IMG/VR virus record: IMGVR_UViG_3300021387_000087
Length of the DNA: 64,000 nucleotides
Reading direction: 5' to 3' (one strand)
Source: a virus
Taxonomy: Duplodnaviria; Caudoviricetes
Both the position numbers and the translations under genes were made by a program. Of this stretch, positions 10,550-19,986 are shown in pieces (within the stretch, counting starts at the first letter, position 1; the number at the start of each line of letters is the position of its first letter). The notes beneath the pieces were generated by a model. That model had not been told where the DNA came from. It saw only the letters and a list, made by a program, of their open reading frames with translations, and did no database searches.

Positions 10550-11773
10550 CATTTTGTTAACTTATAGGTTTTTTATCCTATAATTCTATTAGTTTTTATT
10601 CCTAATAGTTCAGCATATTTTTTTATCTATTTTTTTAATCTTTTCTAAAAACTCATAATACTGTTTTTTGACGGTGTGTCTTTTTCCATACATTGAATGA
10701 AATTTTTTATGACATTCTTTGCATAATGTCACTCCATTATTCACATCATATCTTTCATCTATATAATCTTTAAAATTATTTAAATGATGTGCTTCTAAAA
10801 TAACAGTACCATGACGCCCTTTATAATTTTTCGCCCCACAACATTGGCAAGTAAAATGATCACGAATAAAAACATCACGTCTAAATTCTCGATACTTAGG
10901 ATCATAACGTTCTATACGTTCTGTTTTTCGTGCATCCCCTTTCCAATTAGAGCCTAGTTCCCCTTTATGAGTAGCCGAGTAAAGAATTCCGTAATTTGGA
11001 ACCCCATATTTTTCTAAACAAGTTTTTGTCGCTTTTGCACGAACTTCCTCATTTTGTATAGAATAAGGAACCCCATATTTTTCAAGATTTGTTTTTCTGA
11101 TTTTTTCTTGTATTTCTTTATTCGCAAAAGGATTTTCAGAACCATATTTCTCTAAATTGGTTTGTTTAATTTTGTTTTTTACAGATGGTATCTGCCAACT
11201 ACTAGTCACACCATATTTATTAAATAAAGCATCTTGCGATTTTTGTGTAATACATTCAAGATTATTACAACAGTCTAATTTTATAATCCCCTCTTCATTA
11301 CATTTACGCCAAGTGCAAAATTTAGTAAAATATTCACGACCGCAATAATCGCATTTTAATTTAATTAATACTTGACTATATGGTGACAAATCATGCACTT
11401 TCACATCAAATTCGTCACCCATATTAGTATAGCAATAGCCTTTCTGTTGATACTGTTTTATGTTTCTTGGATTCCATTTCATTTTTACGGTTTCACTCAA
11501 TAACATTTTTCTTACCTCTCTTTCTTTGTAAAATTGAGGTAAGATAAATATTAAATTTGTAATTCTTTTTACTAACTCACAAGTTAACCTCTTAAAAAAT
11601 AGATAGAGCGGTCTCGTGGAGAGGTTATATTCTATTATAAATAGTTTCACTCTCTATGCGTTGCCCCTGACTATATTTTTACATATAGCCTTCGGTTCGA
11701 GTTGGCATTACAGCTTTCTCGCTTAATTCCGCTCTTTACATTTTATTATCACTAATAAAAGCGGCATAAGTTT
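10550..11773 (-). mobile_element. Group I self-splicing intron (1224 nt) in terL
   Basis: 5' exon ends in U with a P1 pairing CGGU/GCCG; intron ends in G; GAGCGG/CCGCTC and GCATA/TATGC pairings fit P3/P7; two 3' hairpins fit P9; removal restores the reading frame. Confidence 0.88.
10610..11506 (-). CDS. Intron-encoded HNH homing endonuclease
   Basis: RDHFTCQCCG...LEAHHL...NGVTLCKECHKKFH, preceded by repeated KxxxTNLEKYG units and an N-terminal CDYCG zinc motif. Confidence 0.88.
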   Translation of the reverse strand: MLLSETVKMKWNPRNIKQYQQKGYCYTNMGDEFDVKVHDLSPYSQVLIKLKCDYCGREYFTKFCTWRKCNEEGIIKLDCCNNLECITQKSQDALFNKYGVTSSWQIPSVKNKIKQTNLEKYGSENPFANKEIQEKIRKTNLEKYGVPYSIQNEEVRAKATKTCLEKYGVPNYGILYSATHKGELGSNWKGDARKTERIERYDPKYREFRRDVFIRDHFTCQCCGAKNYKGRHGTVILEAHHLNNFKDYIDERYDVNNGVTLCKECHKKFHSMYGKRHTVKKQYYEFLEKIKKIDKKIC

Positions 11774-12991
11774 ACCGTTGGTATCAATTACCATATATGT
11801 ACAATTATATTGATAAAAATATCTCATTACTATCAGACCCAATTCGTCTGCGGTTAATCCTTCAAATGTTTGCCCAAAAACAAAATGAGCCTTATATTTT
11901 GTGTCTGTCGTTCTTATAGCATTATTAATATATATAGCAGAAGCGTCATTACGCTTCTTTTTCGTAGAAGCCATTAATGCTATATCAACTGATAAAATTC
12001 GTTCACCATTTTTAGGCGGTGGTGGCACAGGATTGTCTTTAGAATAAAACTTTAGAGGTAATAATCCTTTTTTATTTACTCTTAACCGTGTAGCTTCATC
12101 AAAACTAAACACACCCCCCTCATTGTCGCCATACCAAAAACAGTCATCTTCCATATGAAAAGCAACTTCATCAAAATCATCTTCTGACATACGGTCTTCA
12201 ACTTCGTCTCTCATCAGCAAACCTTCAAGAATAGATATTTGATATGGAAGACCACAAACAAAATATTTTCTTTTAGGATTAATAAAGTTTTTGAAATATG
12301 CCAAAAATTTATCATATCCCCAACTTGACTTTAGCCAAGCAGAAGACATATATATTTCTTTATTACGCTCTTGAAGATGAGAATATTCTGGTTTACTAAG
12401 GTAACCCGGTGATCGAGGGGCTTTTAAAAATTCACGAATAACACTATCAATAATACGTTTATCTGTTTTAACATATTCATCCACTATAATAATATTACAG
12501 TGAGCAGAACGAGCGTTATCAGTACTAGTAGTTATTTTAATCCAACTATCATTCTTAAAATATACAGAGCCATCATTTTGTCCAATACTTATTTTAGCTA
12601 TTTCATTTCTTAAAAAACTGCTTTGAGGACAAAACTCATCTCTAATTTTCAATAGCGATTCAGCAGCTTGTTTTAATACAGGAGCAGTTATTATAACTTT
12701 AGAACCGGGATATAAAATACAATATATTACTGCCACGAGTGCAACTAACATTGTTTTTCCCTGACCTCTTGCGGCTAAATAAAGTACATAATTATTGTGC
12801 ATCATTGCCCATAATAATAATTCTTGAAACCATCGCAGACGAATGGTTTTAAATTGTAATACATCCTTTACAAATCTTTGAGGATTTGCTCTATAATAAC
12901 CAGCACGCCAAGCGATGGTATTCATTAATTTTTTATGCTTTTCTTCTTTAACTTCATCTATGCTTCTGGTTTCTTCTATGAATTCAGCCAT
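11774..12991 (-). CDS. terL: Terminase large subunit, exon 1 (ATPase and start of nuclease)
   Basis: Walker A AARGQGKT, Walker B IIIVDE, nuclease LSVDIA; spliced product 592 aa. Confidence 0.9.
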
Positions 12992-14088
12992 TATTCATCA
13001 TCCGATGCAAATTCTTCGTTCATTTTATTTCCGAAGATTTCATCAAAAATAGCTTCCGTATCGTCATCCTCACTATACTCAGGACGCTTTACAGTTAGCT
13101 TACCGATAAAGTTTTCATAAATAGAAGAAAAAGCATTTTTAATATTAAGCATCTTAACAAGATGACCTTTGAAGAACACATCTATTAACAAACCAATTTT
13201 ATCAATATCAGCCCACTCACCCTCAGGTTCAGGAATTGGTTTTTCCATTTCCCAAGCTTTAATCAATTCGCCAAAACTTTTCTGATCAGTCATTGCATCT
13301 GTAGAGTTTTGAGTAGGTTTAATACCTAAACTTGTCATAATATCTTGACAAGATTTAATAGCATCTTTAGGGTCTGACCCCTCTTTAGCTAATTGTCTTG
13401 CCCTCATATCCTGTATACATAATTGCTCAAACAACACCTCTTGCGCTTTTGCTTCAGCAGGATATCGAGATACCCAATCTTCGTAAGCGCTTTCCAACTG
13501 ATATAATTCTTCAGACGAGTAAGCGCCAAACCTTTTACGTCCACGTTTAATTATTTCTTGGTCTTCATCTATAATTTCAATTTTATCTGGCCTTGACACA
13601 GAATACTTTTCACCATATTCTGAATTTTCCCATGTCTTACCTTTATAAGCTGGAAGACTATTAATCTGAGACATATACCTTTGAAATGGCATCATCTTAG
13701 ATTTACCAGATTCGTTCGATTCTTCATTATTGTATGAATTAACACAACTGATATATAAACTTTCAATAAAAGGTTTATCCATTTTTCGCAAAACTCTTTG
13801 TACAGATATTTTTGTTTCTTTAGGAGGATCTGTGGGTTTTTCTATATTTTCAGCTTCTCTAAAAACACATTCTTTACATATAGGATAATATCCATGTATT
13901 GTATTTCCATCTGCGTAGAAGTTTTCTTTCTTAGCTGTTTTTAATCGTCCACAAGAAGGACATACCAAATCATCACATTTTGTGATTCTTGTATAGCGTT
14001 CTGCAAGAGCATTATATTCGTTTCGCAAATCGCCTATTCTCATTTTTTTTACAGTATCTTGGCTCTTAACCTCACGAAGATAAGCCAT
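12991..14088 (-). CDS. Zinc-finger protein, putative terminase small subunit (YonG-like position)
   Basis: CPSC...CKEC; coupled directly to the terL start. Confidence 0.5.
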   Translation of the reverse strand: MAYLREVKSQDTVKKMRIGDLRNEYNALAERYTRITKCDDLVCPSCGRLKTAKKENFYADGNTIHGYYPICKECVFREAENIEKPTDPPKETKISVQRVLRKMDKPFIESLYISCVNSYNNEESNESGKSKMMPFQRYMSQINSLPAYKGKTWENSEYGEKYSVSRPDKIEIIDEDQEIIKRGRKRFGAYSSEELYQLESAYEDWVSRYPAEAKAQEVLFEQLCIQDMRARQLAKEGSDPKDAIKSCQDIMTSLGIKPTQNSTDAMTDQKSFGELIKAWEMEKPIPEPEGEWADIDKIGLLIDVFFKGHLVKMLNIKNAFSSIYENFIGKLTVKRPEYSEDDDTEAIFDEIFGNKMNEEFASDDE

Positions 14089-14144
14089 GCAATCACCTTC
14101 CTTTTTTATCACTTTAATCCGTCAAAAGTTAGTTACATAAGAAA

Positions 14145-14220
14145 TAGCAGAGACAAGATTTGAACTTGTGACCTCCAGCTTATGGGGCTGGCGAGATAGA
14201 CCGAACTTCTCCACTCTGCG
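14145..14220 (-). tRNA. tRNA-Met(CAT), initiator-like acceptor stem
   Basis: Cloverleaf CGCAGAG.../CTCTGCT-A, anticodon arm CCAGC-CCCATAA-GCTGG, T arm ACAAG-TTCAAAT-CTTGT; no encoded CCA. Confidence 0.85.
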
Positions 14221-14230
14221 ATATAATAAA

Positions 14231-14257
14231 GAAGAGACACGCTTACACGTATCTCTT
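14231..14257. terminator. Hairpin, possible terminator/processing site before the tRNA
   Basis: GAAGAGAcACG...CGTaTCTCTTC inverted repeat with a T-rich tail on the minus strand. Confidence 0.4.
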
Positions 14258-14262
14258 CCTAT

Positions 14263-15486
14263 TTATAATATAATTTTATATGATTCATTATGACCATAAA
14301 TATGATGAAAACCAAAAATCTTAACTGCTGGTTTATTGCCTTTAAAAATACTATCCGCATAAGGATCACACCCTACAAAACTTGGACATACCAAAATCTC
14401 AGTATCATGGCAGCATCCTTCAGAGCCACTGATTTCTTTACTGGTATGCGTATGCCCAATAATCAGATAATCAACCATCTCATCCTGTTTAGCAGACAAC
14501 ATACTCAAGGCATTTTCAAAACTCTTAATCTGATGTCCATGCATTGCAATTACGTTGAATCCAGTCACATCAATTTTAGTAAACCATTCACCTTCTTTAG
14601 GCGTATAAACTGTAATTCGCTCATTTGGTAAACATAAGTCTTCAATATAATGTCCAATAATATACTCTACATCTTCATCCATTAACTCATTAGGTTTTGT
14701 ACCAAGCACTCTAAGCTGAGAATGATTTGATGAGCCTACATGATAGTATTTAATATAAGTATGTTTAGACAATTCTGTTAAGAATGCGGCTACAGTTTTA
14801 GATACTTCAACAACAGCAGCCACCATAGAGGAATCATTAATCTTTAAATCATTGGCATGAATGAGACCTTGAACAAAATCACCCAAACCAAGTACTGTTA
14901 GTTCTTTAACCTTATGAGAGCGAATAAAGTTCACGATATCCACAACCAACAGATCAAATCTATCTTTCATAATATCCAATGAATATTCATTAGTTAAAGA
15001 TGTAAACTTTGCACCTGCATGAATATCTGCAAGACACAAAACATATGTCTCTTCACTGTCATCACTTACTTGAATAGCATTAAACTCAGGCACAGGAATA
15101 GTCTGAGCCAAGCTATGAACTTGTTCAAAGAACAATTCCCTACGAGCCTGTTCTCTATCAATCCTGTTGCGTTCAATGTTTAATGTCTGTATTTTAATTC
15201 TTTCACGTCTCAATTCTTCAAGTTGTTTCCGAATATTAGGATCGTATTCTGCATCTGAAACCATAGCACTAAACACATTGTCATAATATCTTTTAGCGGT
15301 AGAAATTTGACGTCTATAAGTATCACTGTTTTTCCATTGGCTTTCATCTGTATATAACTGGGCATTTACTATATCAGCCACGTCTTTCCATGAATCAATC
15401 AGCCCGTCACCAATATAATGCCCGATTCTCCAAATATATTGTTCTTCTGATTCAGTGGGTAATTTATTTAATAATTGTTTATCCAT
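14263..15486 (-). CDS. Calcineurin-like metallophosphoesterase (YonJ-like)
   Basis: DIH, GD, NH, HGH and GHTH motifs after an N-terminal coiled coil. Confidence 0.8.
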   Translation of the reverse strand: MDKQLLNKLPTESEEQYIWRIGHYIGDGLIDSWKDVADIVNAQLYTDESQWKNSDTYRRQISTAKRYYDNVFSAMVSDAEYDPNIRKQLEELRRERIKIQTLNIERNRIDREQARRELFFEQVHSLAQTIPVPEFNAIQVSDDSEETYVLCLADIHAGAKFTSLTNEYSLDIMKDRFDLLVVDIVNFIRSHKVKELTVLGLGDFVQGLIHANDLKINDSSMVAAVVEVSKTVAAFLTELSKHTYIKYYHVGSSNHSQLRVLGTKPNELMDEDVEYIIGHYIEDLCLPNERITVYTPKEGEWFTKIDVTGFNVIAMHGHQIKSFENALSMLSAKQDEMVDYLIIGHTHTSKEISGSEGCCHDTEILVCPSFVGCDPYADSIFKGNKPAVKIFGFHHIYGHNESYKIIL

Positions 15487-15495
15487 ATATTATCC

Positions 15496-16137
15496 TCATT
15501 CAAAAATATAAGTTAATTCAACATCCTGCCCAATAATCTTATCTACAACACCCAAGTCCTTACCCTTATCAGCAAAGAAGTAATATTCCTTGTCAAAAGT
15601 CTTATCATAGAACTCTGGATCAATCTTGGTTACAGACAAAATCATTTTCTTGATTCTTTCCTCGGTATAGTCATTAAAAGCAATGAAATCTTTAACCTTA
15701 GAATTAGAACCAGCAATATCAATGGTTCCGTCATGCTGAAGGAATGTTGTATTTTCAAATGCAATTCTGTCATGCCCGTTAATATAGATATAGTAAGCAG
15801 CCGATGCTACAAACCCCATACCTACTGTTCTAATAGGTGTCTTAGATTGTTTAATAATATCAATAAAAAACAATGTACTAAATAAGTCACCACCACAACT
15901 ATTAATAAGGATAGTAATAGGCTTCCTTAAATCAGGGGTGATATTCTTATCCTCTTCATTCCACTTCAAAATACGAATAGCATAGGATTCAATAATAGTA
16001 CTATCAATATCTTTATTAAAAATCAGAACCCTTTTACCCGTATAAAATTTCATTAATTCATCGTATACATCTGCACCCATTTCTTCAATATAAGAAAATT
16101 CATTTCCCACTTCAGGGAGTAATGCAAGTTCAGCCAT
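15496..16137 (-). CDS. ClpP-family protease
   Basis: INSCGGD, VASAA (Ser) and LQHDG (His) motifs. Confidence 0.8.
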   Translation of the reverse strand: MAELALLPEVGNEFSYIEEMGADVYDELMKFYTGKRVLIFNKDIDSTIIESYAIRILKWNEEDKNITPDLRKPITILINSCGGDLFSTLFFIDIIKQSKTPIRTVGMGFVASAAYYIYINGHDRIAFENTTFLQHDGTIDIAGSNSKVKDFIAFNDYTEERIKKMILSVTKIDPEFYDKTFDKEYYFFADKGKDLGVVDKIIGQDVELTYIFE

Positions 16138-16161
16138 ACACGTTTCCTCCTTTTAATTCCT

Positions 16162-16968
16162 TTAATCGAACAGATCAGCAAACATTTTAGAAGTTTCACT
16201 TCGCACGTCCTCGGTGAGATATACACACGCGAAAAGTGGATTTCCTTTAAGTTTTTCGCACATGCGTAATAAAGGATTAAACTCAGTACTATCTAATAAT
16301 GACTGTTTATAATCCCCCGAAAAATATATCTTACTATTTGTGCCCACTCTTGTTCCTACTAATTTAATTTGCTTTTCTGTCAAATCCTCTGCTTCGTCAC
16401 AAAGCATAACTGTTTCGTTATAAGTAGTGCCCTTCATATAATAAAGAACATTAGCACTAAGTATTTCTTGTCTAACAAGCTTTTCATATTCAATTTCACC
16501 ACCATCTAATTGTTGGATAAATGGTGTTAAAAACATTCCAATTTTATCTGACATATCACCGGGCAAATAACCAATTTCCTTACCCTCACCCCAAGCTTCT
16601 CGTACACAAAGTATTCTTGCTTGAGTTCCTTTTTCCTGAACACGATAAAGCCCCATTTTGGTTGATAAAAACGATTTTCCACTTCCATATGTGCCTAATA
16701 TAGCGACAGCAGTAATATCATCATTATTTAGTGCATCAAGCGCACACCGTTGTTCAGCGTTCTTACCTTTGATATATTTACTATTAGGAAGTTTAAGACC
16801 AACAAACTTATCACCTGTGAATCTCATTTCTGACTCTTGCCCAGTATCCGTATTTTTAATAATGGCATATTCATTAATACACCAATTTTTATAATTTTCA
16901 GGAGAAAGCATCGCATTTATATATTCAGTATCTCCTTCGATTCTTTTATAACCTTTGTAAAATTCCAA
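16162..16968 (-). CDS. phoH: PhoH-family ATPase
   Basis: GTYGSGKS, IGYLPG, DEAEDL, TRVG, GDYKQ. Confidence 0.85.
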   Translation of the reverse strand: MEFYKGYKRIEGDTEYINAMLSPENYKNWCINEYAIIKNTDTGQESEMRFTGDKFVGLKLPNSKYIKGKNAEQRCALDALNNDDITAVAILGTYGSGKSFLSTKMGLYRVQEKGTQARILCVREAWGEGKEIGYLPGDMSDKIGMFLTPFIQQLDGGEIEYEKLVRQEILSANVLYYMKGTTYNETVMLCDEAEDLTEKQIKLVGTRVGTNSKIYFSGDYKQSLLDSTEFNPLLRMCEKLKGNPLFACVYLTEDVRSETSKMFADLFD

Positions 16969-16990
16969 AAGAATCCTCCTTTATAATTAA

Positions 16991-17021
16991 GAAAGGAGTC
17001 AGCATAAAACCGACTCCTTTC
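16991..17021. terminator. Rho-independent terminator-like hairpin
   Basis: GAAAGGAGTC...GACTCCTTTC inverted repeat after the six-gene cassette. Confidence 0.6.
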
Positions 17022-17029
17022 AATAATAA

Positions 17030-17572
17030 TTACTGTTGTTCCAATTTATCTATACATTGCTGGAGCGCTCTACGCTCTTTCTCAGATGAAACATTGTCCA
17101 TCATATCTTCAAGCTTTCCAATCATGCGTTCTTTTTCAGAATCACGACTTACATAACGCCCAGTCCTTGCGCTACGTCCTCTGCGTTCAGAATATTCATT
17201 ATCCTGAGACGCATCATAGGCACCTGCATAAGCACCATCATAAGCGTGATTATATGTATTATTCATTTGATCCATTGACATTCTATAAGAATTCCCCTGA
17301 TGGCTCATATCATTGTTATGATACATAAACCAAGGATAATGATTAGAATTACCACCCATGTTATTATAAGAACCACCTCTGTGACTCATTTCATATTCTT
17401 CGCTACCACCAGACTCTTTCATAGCCTTTTCTGTCTCCATGTCAAGCATAATAGCAGACGCTTTATACAGACTATCAAGTTCCTGAGGAGTAATATCACC
17501 TTTCTTCAGAATCTTACAAATCTGATCATCAAGGAGTTCTTTGAGTTGATCATAATGTTTAGAAAGTCCCAT
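17030..17572 (-). CDS. Hypothetical cassette protein (Tyr/Asn/Gly-rich middle, RGRSARTGRYVSRD motif)
   Basis: ORF with AGGAGG RBS; last gene of the cassette. Confidence 0.6.
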   Translation of the reverse strand: MGLSKHYDQLKELLDDQICKILKKGDITPQELDSLYKASAIMLDMETEKAMKESGGSEEYEMSHRGGSYNNMGGNSNHYPWFMYHNNDMSHQGNSYRMSMDQMNNTYNHAYDGAYAGAYDASQDNEYSERRGRSARTGRYVSRDSEKERMIGKLEDMMDNVSSEKERRALQQCIDKLEQQ

Positions 17573-17588
17573 ACTCTTATCCCTCCTT

Positions 17589-18044
17589 TCAAGCCGTCCT
17601 AACAATAGTCATATTAGCATTTTGTAACGTAATTACAGGAGCCGGGGTAACAATTGTATCAGTTGAAGCGGGTACCGCCCTTAAAGCTACCGTGTAGCAA
17701 CAACCGCGAGGAACTGTAATAATAGCCGTACTTGTTACATTCCCGAATTGTTCAACAGCCGCAGGAGTATAAATAGCTTTACTGGTAGAACGTGCTTCTC
17801 CATTTACAGATAAAGAGACCGCAATTGGAGTTACAGTTGCACCCTCAGGAAGGGCGATATTACCATTAAAAACTACTTGATATCTAGCAAAGCAATTAGG
17901 TGTGTTACCGCGCAGGATAAAAATCCCAGTTCCGTCCTCGTGTATTACATTTCCACGATTACAAGGGATAGACGAGTCAAAAATTGCAGCCTGATTCAAT
18001 AACACAGACTGTGCATTATCGTAGAGATATTCTGCCATAATCAC
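17589..18044 (-). CDS. Beta-sandwich protein, possibly BclA C-terminal/C1q-like
   Basis: Beta-strand pattern YQVVFNGNIA...VSLSVNGE...TMTIVRTA-type terminus; contains CC. Confidence 0.4.
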   Translation of the reverse strand: MIMAEYLYDNAQSVLLNQAAIFDSSIPCNRGNVIHEDGTGIFILRGNTPNCFARYQVVFNGNIALPEGATVTPIAVSLSVNGEARSTSKAIYTPAAVEQFGNVTSTAIITVPRGCCYTVALRAVPASTDTIVTPAPVITLQNANMTIVRTA

Positions 18045-18051
18045 ACCTCCA

Positions 18052-18861
18052 TCAGCCTACACCACAGCCACATCCACAAGTACCATAATTCTGTGTGCAA
18101 CAATTTGGATTGGGCACGACATAACAAGGACGAGGGGTAGGATTGAGATACTGTTCCAGAGCGGTTGTCTGAGCTTCATTATTAGCCAGAATAGCCGCAG
18201 TCTGAGCACCCTGAGATGCAGCCAAATTAGCCATTGTAAGCTGTCTTTCAAGATCGGCAATACGCTCATTTTTAGCATCAATCTTATCTTGGCACATAGT
18301 ATCAAGAATACGCTGAATACCAGCATTCTGATTCTGAAGAATATCACGAACGCCATCATTAAAGGCTGTCCTGTCAGCACAAGCTTCTGTCTGCACAACA
18401 TTTTGAAGGTTAGCGGATGCTAATCTATTCTCACAGCAGCAGTCTGCAAATTGAGATGCAAGCTGATTAATTCCTTGAGTTACAACGGTTTGAGCCGCAA
18501 ATGCTTGATTCATATTAGCCATTTGACGAGCAGTAGCAGCGGTTTCTGCATTAGCAAAACCTGCGCTCACGCCAGCAAATCCATTACAAAGTTGAGTAGA
18601 TAAGCCAGAAATACCAGACTGAATTCCAGAAACGCCAGACATAACAGCAGACTGATCAAAACCACGCTGTACCTCTGCGCCCATAGAGCCGCCACCATTT
18701 CCGTAGCCACCCCAGCCGCCATTTCCAAATGCGAACAGGAATAATAATATAATCCACCATCCGTCAGAGCCGCCCCAGCCCATGCCAGAGCCACCGCCAT
18801 ATCCACCCATCGGGGTTACAGGCATAACCATATCGTTACCATTTCCATCTGTTAAAGCCAT
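18052..18861 (-). CDS. Gly-rich, Cys-rich protein with one hydrophobic segment and coiled coil
   Basis: GGG-rich N-terminus, WWIILLFLFAF, DCCCEN, C-terminal CCTQNYGTCGCGCG. Confidence 0.65.
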   Translation of the reverse strand: MALTDGNGNDMVMPVTPMGGYGGGSGMGWGGSDGWWIILLFLFAFGNGGWGGYGNGGGSMGAEVQRGFDQSAVMSGVSGIQSGISGLSTQLCNGFAGVSAGFANAETAATARQMANMNQAFAAQTVVTQGINQLASQFADCCCENRLASANLQNVVQTEACADRTAFNDGVRDILQNQNAGIQRILDTMCQDKIDAKNERIADLERQLTMANLAASQGAQTAAILANNEAQTTALEQYLNPTPRPCYVVPNPNCCTQNYGTCGCGCGVG

Positions 18862-18979
18862 ATTACTTTTGCCTCCTTGAGATTAAGAATTTGATTGTTT
18901 GTAATATTTAAAACCTTTTGCGCAATGGTTTTTAACGAATATAATTAAATCCTGTTATTCCCTGTTTATCTATTTTTAA

Positions 18980-19198
18980 TTAAAATCTATTATTCATCAT
19001 ATTTTGAATCTGTGTAGCCATTTGTGATAACTGATTAAATTGTTCTTGAGACATTTTTCCGCTATTTAAAAGTTGTTGCACTTGCTGTTTTGGATTGCCC
19101 TGAAAAGTCTGTCTAAACTGATTTAATTGAGCTATCATACTCATCATTGAGTTTTGTGGTTGTATACCACCATTTAAAATATTAAAAAGCGGATTCAT
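18980..19198 (-). CDS. Small Gln/Asn/Met-rich protein
   Basis: 72 aa, NPKQQVQQLLNSGKMSQEQFNQL. Confidence 0.65.
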   Translation of the reverse strand: MNPLFNILNGGIQPQNSMMSMIAQLNQFRQTFQGNPKQQVQQLLNSGKMSQEQFNQLSQMATQIQNMMNNRF

Positions 19199-19596
19199 TA
19201 TTCAATCTCCTTTCGAGTGACAAAGCCTGCCAAAATTTCTTTCAATTCATCTTTTGTCACATATTGAGAATTAACTGTCTGTACAGCTTCCGCAGAAGTA
19301 GTATTCTGTGCCGTCCGCTCTGTATAATCAAAAATTCTTAGTGGCAAAGGAACGCCACTATTGTCTGCTGTTTTTATATAAAAAACACTATTTTCACTGT
19401 CCATCAACATTACGCTTTTACCCGGAGGAACAACCCATGATTTAGCACCCGCTTCACCTTGTACCCAAATCACACCACTATCGTTAGTTTGAGCGGGTTG
19501 AGGCTGAACCACTGGAGTTATAGTTTGTTGAGGAGCATAACTATATTGTGGATACATTTGTTGATAAGTTGCTGGAAATCCATTATTATAAGCCAT
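19198..19596 (-). CDS. Hypothetical cassette protein (Q/P/Y-rich N-terminus)
   Basis: WVQGEAGAKSW...LMDSENSVFYIK; coupled to neighbours. Confidence 0.65.
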   Translation of the reverse strand: MAYNNGFPATYQQMYPQYSYAPQQTITPVVQPQPAQTNDSGVIWVQGEAGAKSWVVPPGKSVMLMDSENSVFYIKTADNSGVPLPLRIFDYTERTAQNTTSAEAVQTVNSQYVTKDELKEILAGFVTRKEIE

Positions 19597-19980
19597 TTAA
19601 TCTTCCCTTCTCCAATAATAAATTGGAACTTCATCTCCCGAATCCCAAGTATCAAAATAATTTCCACCTTCACCTACTGCGATAACATGTGTTCCAGTGG
19701 CTAAAATACCTGTTAATTGAGGATTGTCTGCACAAAATTGCCTAACCGTATAACAATCTGGACATGTGTCAGGAATAATATATCTCCTAAATCCATGCTC
19801 AAATAAATACCGCCCCCAAACATCGTTTGAGGACGGCATATCACGCATAGCGTAACCTTGTAGCATTATTCCTATATAGGTATCATCCCATGATTGATTC
19901 ATGGCTTTTGAAATTGCACGTATTACGCAATCTCCAACTAATTTCCGATCAGGATTTGGATTAAAATTAATATAACTCAT
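19597..19980 (-). CDS. Putative papain-fold (C39-like) cysteine peptidase
   Basis: GDCVIRAI (Cys), THVIAV (His), YFDTWDS (Asp). Confidence 0.5.
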   Translation of the reverse strand: MSYINFNPNPDRKLVGDCVIRAISKAMNQSWDDTYIGIMLQGYAMRDMPSSNDVWGRYLFEHGFRRYIIPDTCPDCYTVRQFCADNPQLTGILATGTHVIAVGEGGNYFDTWDSGDEVPIYYWRRED

Positions 19981-19986
19981 ATCAAT

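Noticed and set aside
9989-12991. Two separate terminase genes or a terL pseudogene
   Set aside because: Group I splice signals restore one continuous frame and a conserved motif.
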